A stretch of DNA of 64,000 nucleotides, taken from the NCBI RefSeq assembly GCF_018350175.1, contig NC_058368.1:59584001-59648000 (forward strand), read 5' to 3'. A model generated the notes under the pieces. The model was not told the DNA's origin and made no database searches. It was given only the letters and a program-made list of their open reading frames with translations. This document shows positions 63,353-64,000 of the stretch, piece after piece (within the stretch, counting starts at the first letter, position 1; every line of letters starts with the position of its first letter). The position numbers and the translations under genes are program-made. The stretch comes from Felis catus. Lineage: Eukaryota.

Positions 63353-64000
63353 ATAACATGCTTTGTAGCAATGTAAATAAAGCATTCTGTTTGACAGATG
63401 TTTGACACATAGATGCATTTTCTTAAAGATATTCCAGAGTCCTACTTTGAATTTTTCTGTTTCCTTATATTTTGGCATAGTCTATTTGCATAAAGTCTCA
63501 AGAAGACTTATATAGTGCTTTTTTTTTAATTTCAAGATTGAATGCATAGACTGTATCATCATAAAACTCTATTTTACATGACCATAATTAACCATAAGCA
63601 ATATAAGAAAAGTGTATTTTTTCCTTAGATTTCAAAGCATCCTCAATTATGTTACCTAAAGCAGCACTTTCAAAATTATAATTTATTGAAAACTTGTAGC
63701 CTAGGTGTGGAGGAAATTTTGTCAGTTAATTTTTCCTTCTTTTTTCTTCTTTTTCTTTCTTGTTTTGGTTATAGAACAAGTGCAATACCTAACTCAGCAC
63801 CCTCAATTACATTCCATTATTTTGGGACACATAATGTGTGCTTGTACTTTTCTTCATGATAGTCCAATAAATGATATCTGTTAATCTTTGCTGAATGTAC
63901 ATTTTTAATACGACAAGGTGAATATATTCCCCAATAGCAATGAGTGTAACTCCCAAGTATTTATGAGTGTGTATATATGCATGCTCACATGCATGTACAT

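Noticed and set aside
1..64000. CRISPR arrays, operons or other prokaryote-type systems
   Set aside because: Sequence is felid nuclear DNA; the recurring motifs are dispersed SINEs, not regularly spaced repeats

Overview
AT-rich, CpG-poor mammalian genomic DNA from a cat (Felidae). It carries about 32 tRNA-derived Can-SINEs, including four copies of the young Felis-type SINEC_Fc subfamily, plus a felid-type L1 3' end. I recognise no protein-coding gene, RNA gene or CpG-island promoter. The supplied ORFs mostly come from SINEs, decayed L1s and microsatellites, and none of the rest is recognisable, so the window looks intergenic or deep-intronic. Main content: a decayed but apparently full-length carnivore-type L1 on the minus strand (about 3190-10315), several older L1 fragments, MaLR/ERVL/ERV1 relics, MER44, MER5A, MER58 and MER45 DNA-transposon relics, MIR/L2 relics and microsatellites. 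The most striking structure is at 40198-41048. Two young SINEs with identical bodies sit head-to-head, and their target-site duplications (TSDs) are swapped, showing that the 104-bp spacer between them is inverted. Other notable items are a triple-nested SINE, a 23-bp-stem hairpin in unique sequence, a template-switch-like patch inside a SINE and an old 109-bp tandem duplication. Repeat family names come from my recall of consensus sequences, not from a database search. Old-element boundaries are approximate.
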